Shown here in pieces: positions 63,306-64,000 of a stretch of DNA of 64,000 bases. This stretch comes from Desulfobacterales bacterium (GTDB lineage: Bacteria > Desulfobacterota > Desulfobacteria > Desulfobacterales > C00003060), in assembly GCA_030616475.1 (NCBI GenBank), contig JAUWXF010000001.1, forward strand, positions 6,845 to 70,844, given 5' to 3'. The position numbers were made by a program, and so were the translations under genes. How positions within the stretch are numbered: position 1 is the stretch's first letter; every line of letters begins with the position of its first letter. The notes below the pieces were generated by a model that was not told the DNA's origin, made no database searches, and worked only from the letters and a program-made list of their open reading frames with translations.

Positions 63306-63392
63306 GGAATGATGGAATGATGTAGAAGTCAAAAAGACCAAAACCCTCTTAAACCCATTATTCCATCATTCCATCATTCCATTATTCCAATT
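63306..63392. repeat. Stutter-hairpin element (GGAATGATGG arm / CCATCATTCC arm) with a conserved loop
   Basis: The loop AAAAAGACCAAAACCCTCTTAAACCCA resembles the loop AAAAAGACTGAAATCCTCTTAAACCCA of the 16932..17000 element. Confidence 0.8.
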
Positions 63393-63398
63393 GAGGAG

Positions 63399-63614
63399 CT
63401 AAGTTCCATCCGGCTTCTCTATGAGTAAACGCCAAATGAAAAGCTTTCCCAACACTTTTCTGAAAAGCCAAACACGGACAAGGCCTATGGACTTGAAAAA
63501 ACGTTTGATCGCATGAGAAGAAGCCATTGTTTCCGGACTCTGTTCGATAGTACCAGCGTATGCTTCATCTTTTATCTTGCTAATCCTGATTTGCTGGTCT
63601 TGTGCTTTCAACAA
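63399..63614 (-). pseudogene. Possible N-terminal fragment of a DDE transposase (IS1380/IS4-like)
   Basis: The 71-aa ORF ..ETMASSHAIKRFFKSIGLVRVWLFRKVLGKLFIWRLL.. resembles the N-terminal region of such transposases (from memory). No catalytic domain follows. Confidence 0.3.
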
Positions 63615-63814
63615 CTTTTTCCTTTCACCCAGTGGGTTAATAACTCTACATTACCTAACGGGATGATATTGCACATAATGCCACCAAAAACAAGCAAAAA
63701 TCGCTCAACTTAGGTTTCAGCTTCTTCAAAATCAACCAGCCCCTTGAGAAAAAGTAGCTTGCTGTTTAACAGAACTTCATATCAGAAAACAAAGGCTCCT
63801 CGATGAGCTTCACG

Positions 63815-64000
63815 CTACAATTCTTTGGAAAGCAATTCGTAAAAAGGAAGAAAGTACAGCATGGTTTTGCCGATTCTAACTGCTTTTCGAAAATCAAGAT
63901 TAACAATATATGCCTCAGAAGGATCATACTTTTCAATGAAACTACGCAAAGAACGCGTAATCTCTTGTTTTTTTAAAGATTTAAACTTTACTTCTATCGG
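63815..64000 (-). CDS. C-terminal end of an AAA-ATPase-associated DUF4143-like protein; the 5' part lies beyond the right window edge
   Basis: My minus-strand translation from the edge is PIEVKFKSLKKQEITRSLRSFIEKYDPSEAYIVNLDFRKAVRIGKTMLYFLPFYELLSKEL*, with the stop at 63815..63817. The pattern ..iEvK......f......vv......i.f.P.. is typical of that family. Confidence 0.5.
   Translation of the reverse strand, partial: PIEVKFKSLKKQEITRSLRSFIEKYDPSEAYIVNLDFRKAVRIGKTMLYFLPFYELLSKEL

Noticed and set aside
1-64000. rRNA, tRNA, tmRNA, prophage, integron or defence-system genes
   Set aside because: No cloverleaf-like or rRNA-like segments, integrase, cas, restriction or toxin genes were recognised. 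The only mobile or toxin-antitoxin-related traces are short fragments (23036..23224 and 63399..63614).

Overview
Gene content alone suggests a strictly anaerobic Desulfobacterota/deltaproteobacterium-like genome, possibly a sulfate reducer or syntroph. No organism can be named. The window is packed with heterodisulfide-reductase-type electron-transfer genes, almost all on the minus strand. It holds eight HdrA/QmoA/QmoB-family flavoprotein genes (three are >1000-aa double units, one is >1100 aa with an NfnB-like insertion, one is cut by the left edge) plus a split homologue. It also holds four MvhD-like genes, six HdrB/HdrC/HdrD-like CCG/FeS genes and one FrhB-like FeS gene. On the plus strand follow a membrane-anchored tetraheme cytochrome c3, rnfCDGEAB, a periplasmic [NiFe] hydrogenase with its protease, and then hypE-A-D-F-B-C on the minus strand. 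Reading the strands myself changed the ORF track in four ways. (1) Seven pairs of track ORFs are joined by in-frame TGA codons at conserved Cys positions, six of them with clear downstream hairpins. I read these as selenocysteine: three HdrA, three MvhD and one CCG-domain protein. (2) A minus-strand gene at 1..1635, missing from the track, encodes two tandem receiver (REC) domains fused to an HdrA-like enzyme. A second giant HdrA carries a complete REC domain inserted internally. (3) Two histidine-kinase/NtrC/sigma54 modules have recognisable -24/-12 promoters and share an upstream sequence. (4) The Rnf cluster is atypical: the RnfC nucleotide/FMN loop is degenerate and RnfB is fused to an NfnB/GltD-like NAD(P)H module. 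Intergenic and intercistronic spaces are filled with a mosaic of recurring hairpin-forming repeat modules. Two zones (about 15.8-17.1 kb and 22.8-24.3 kb) contain gene remnants. No rRNA, tRNA, CRISPR array or intact mobile element was seen. All homology statements come from motif recognition by eye, not from searches.
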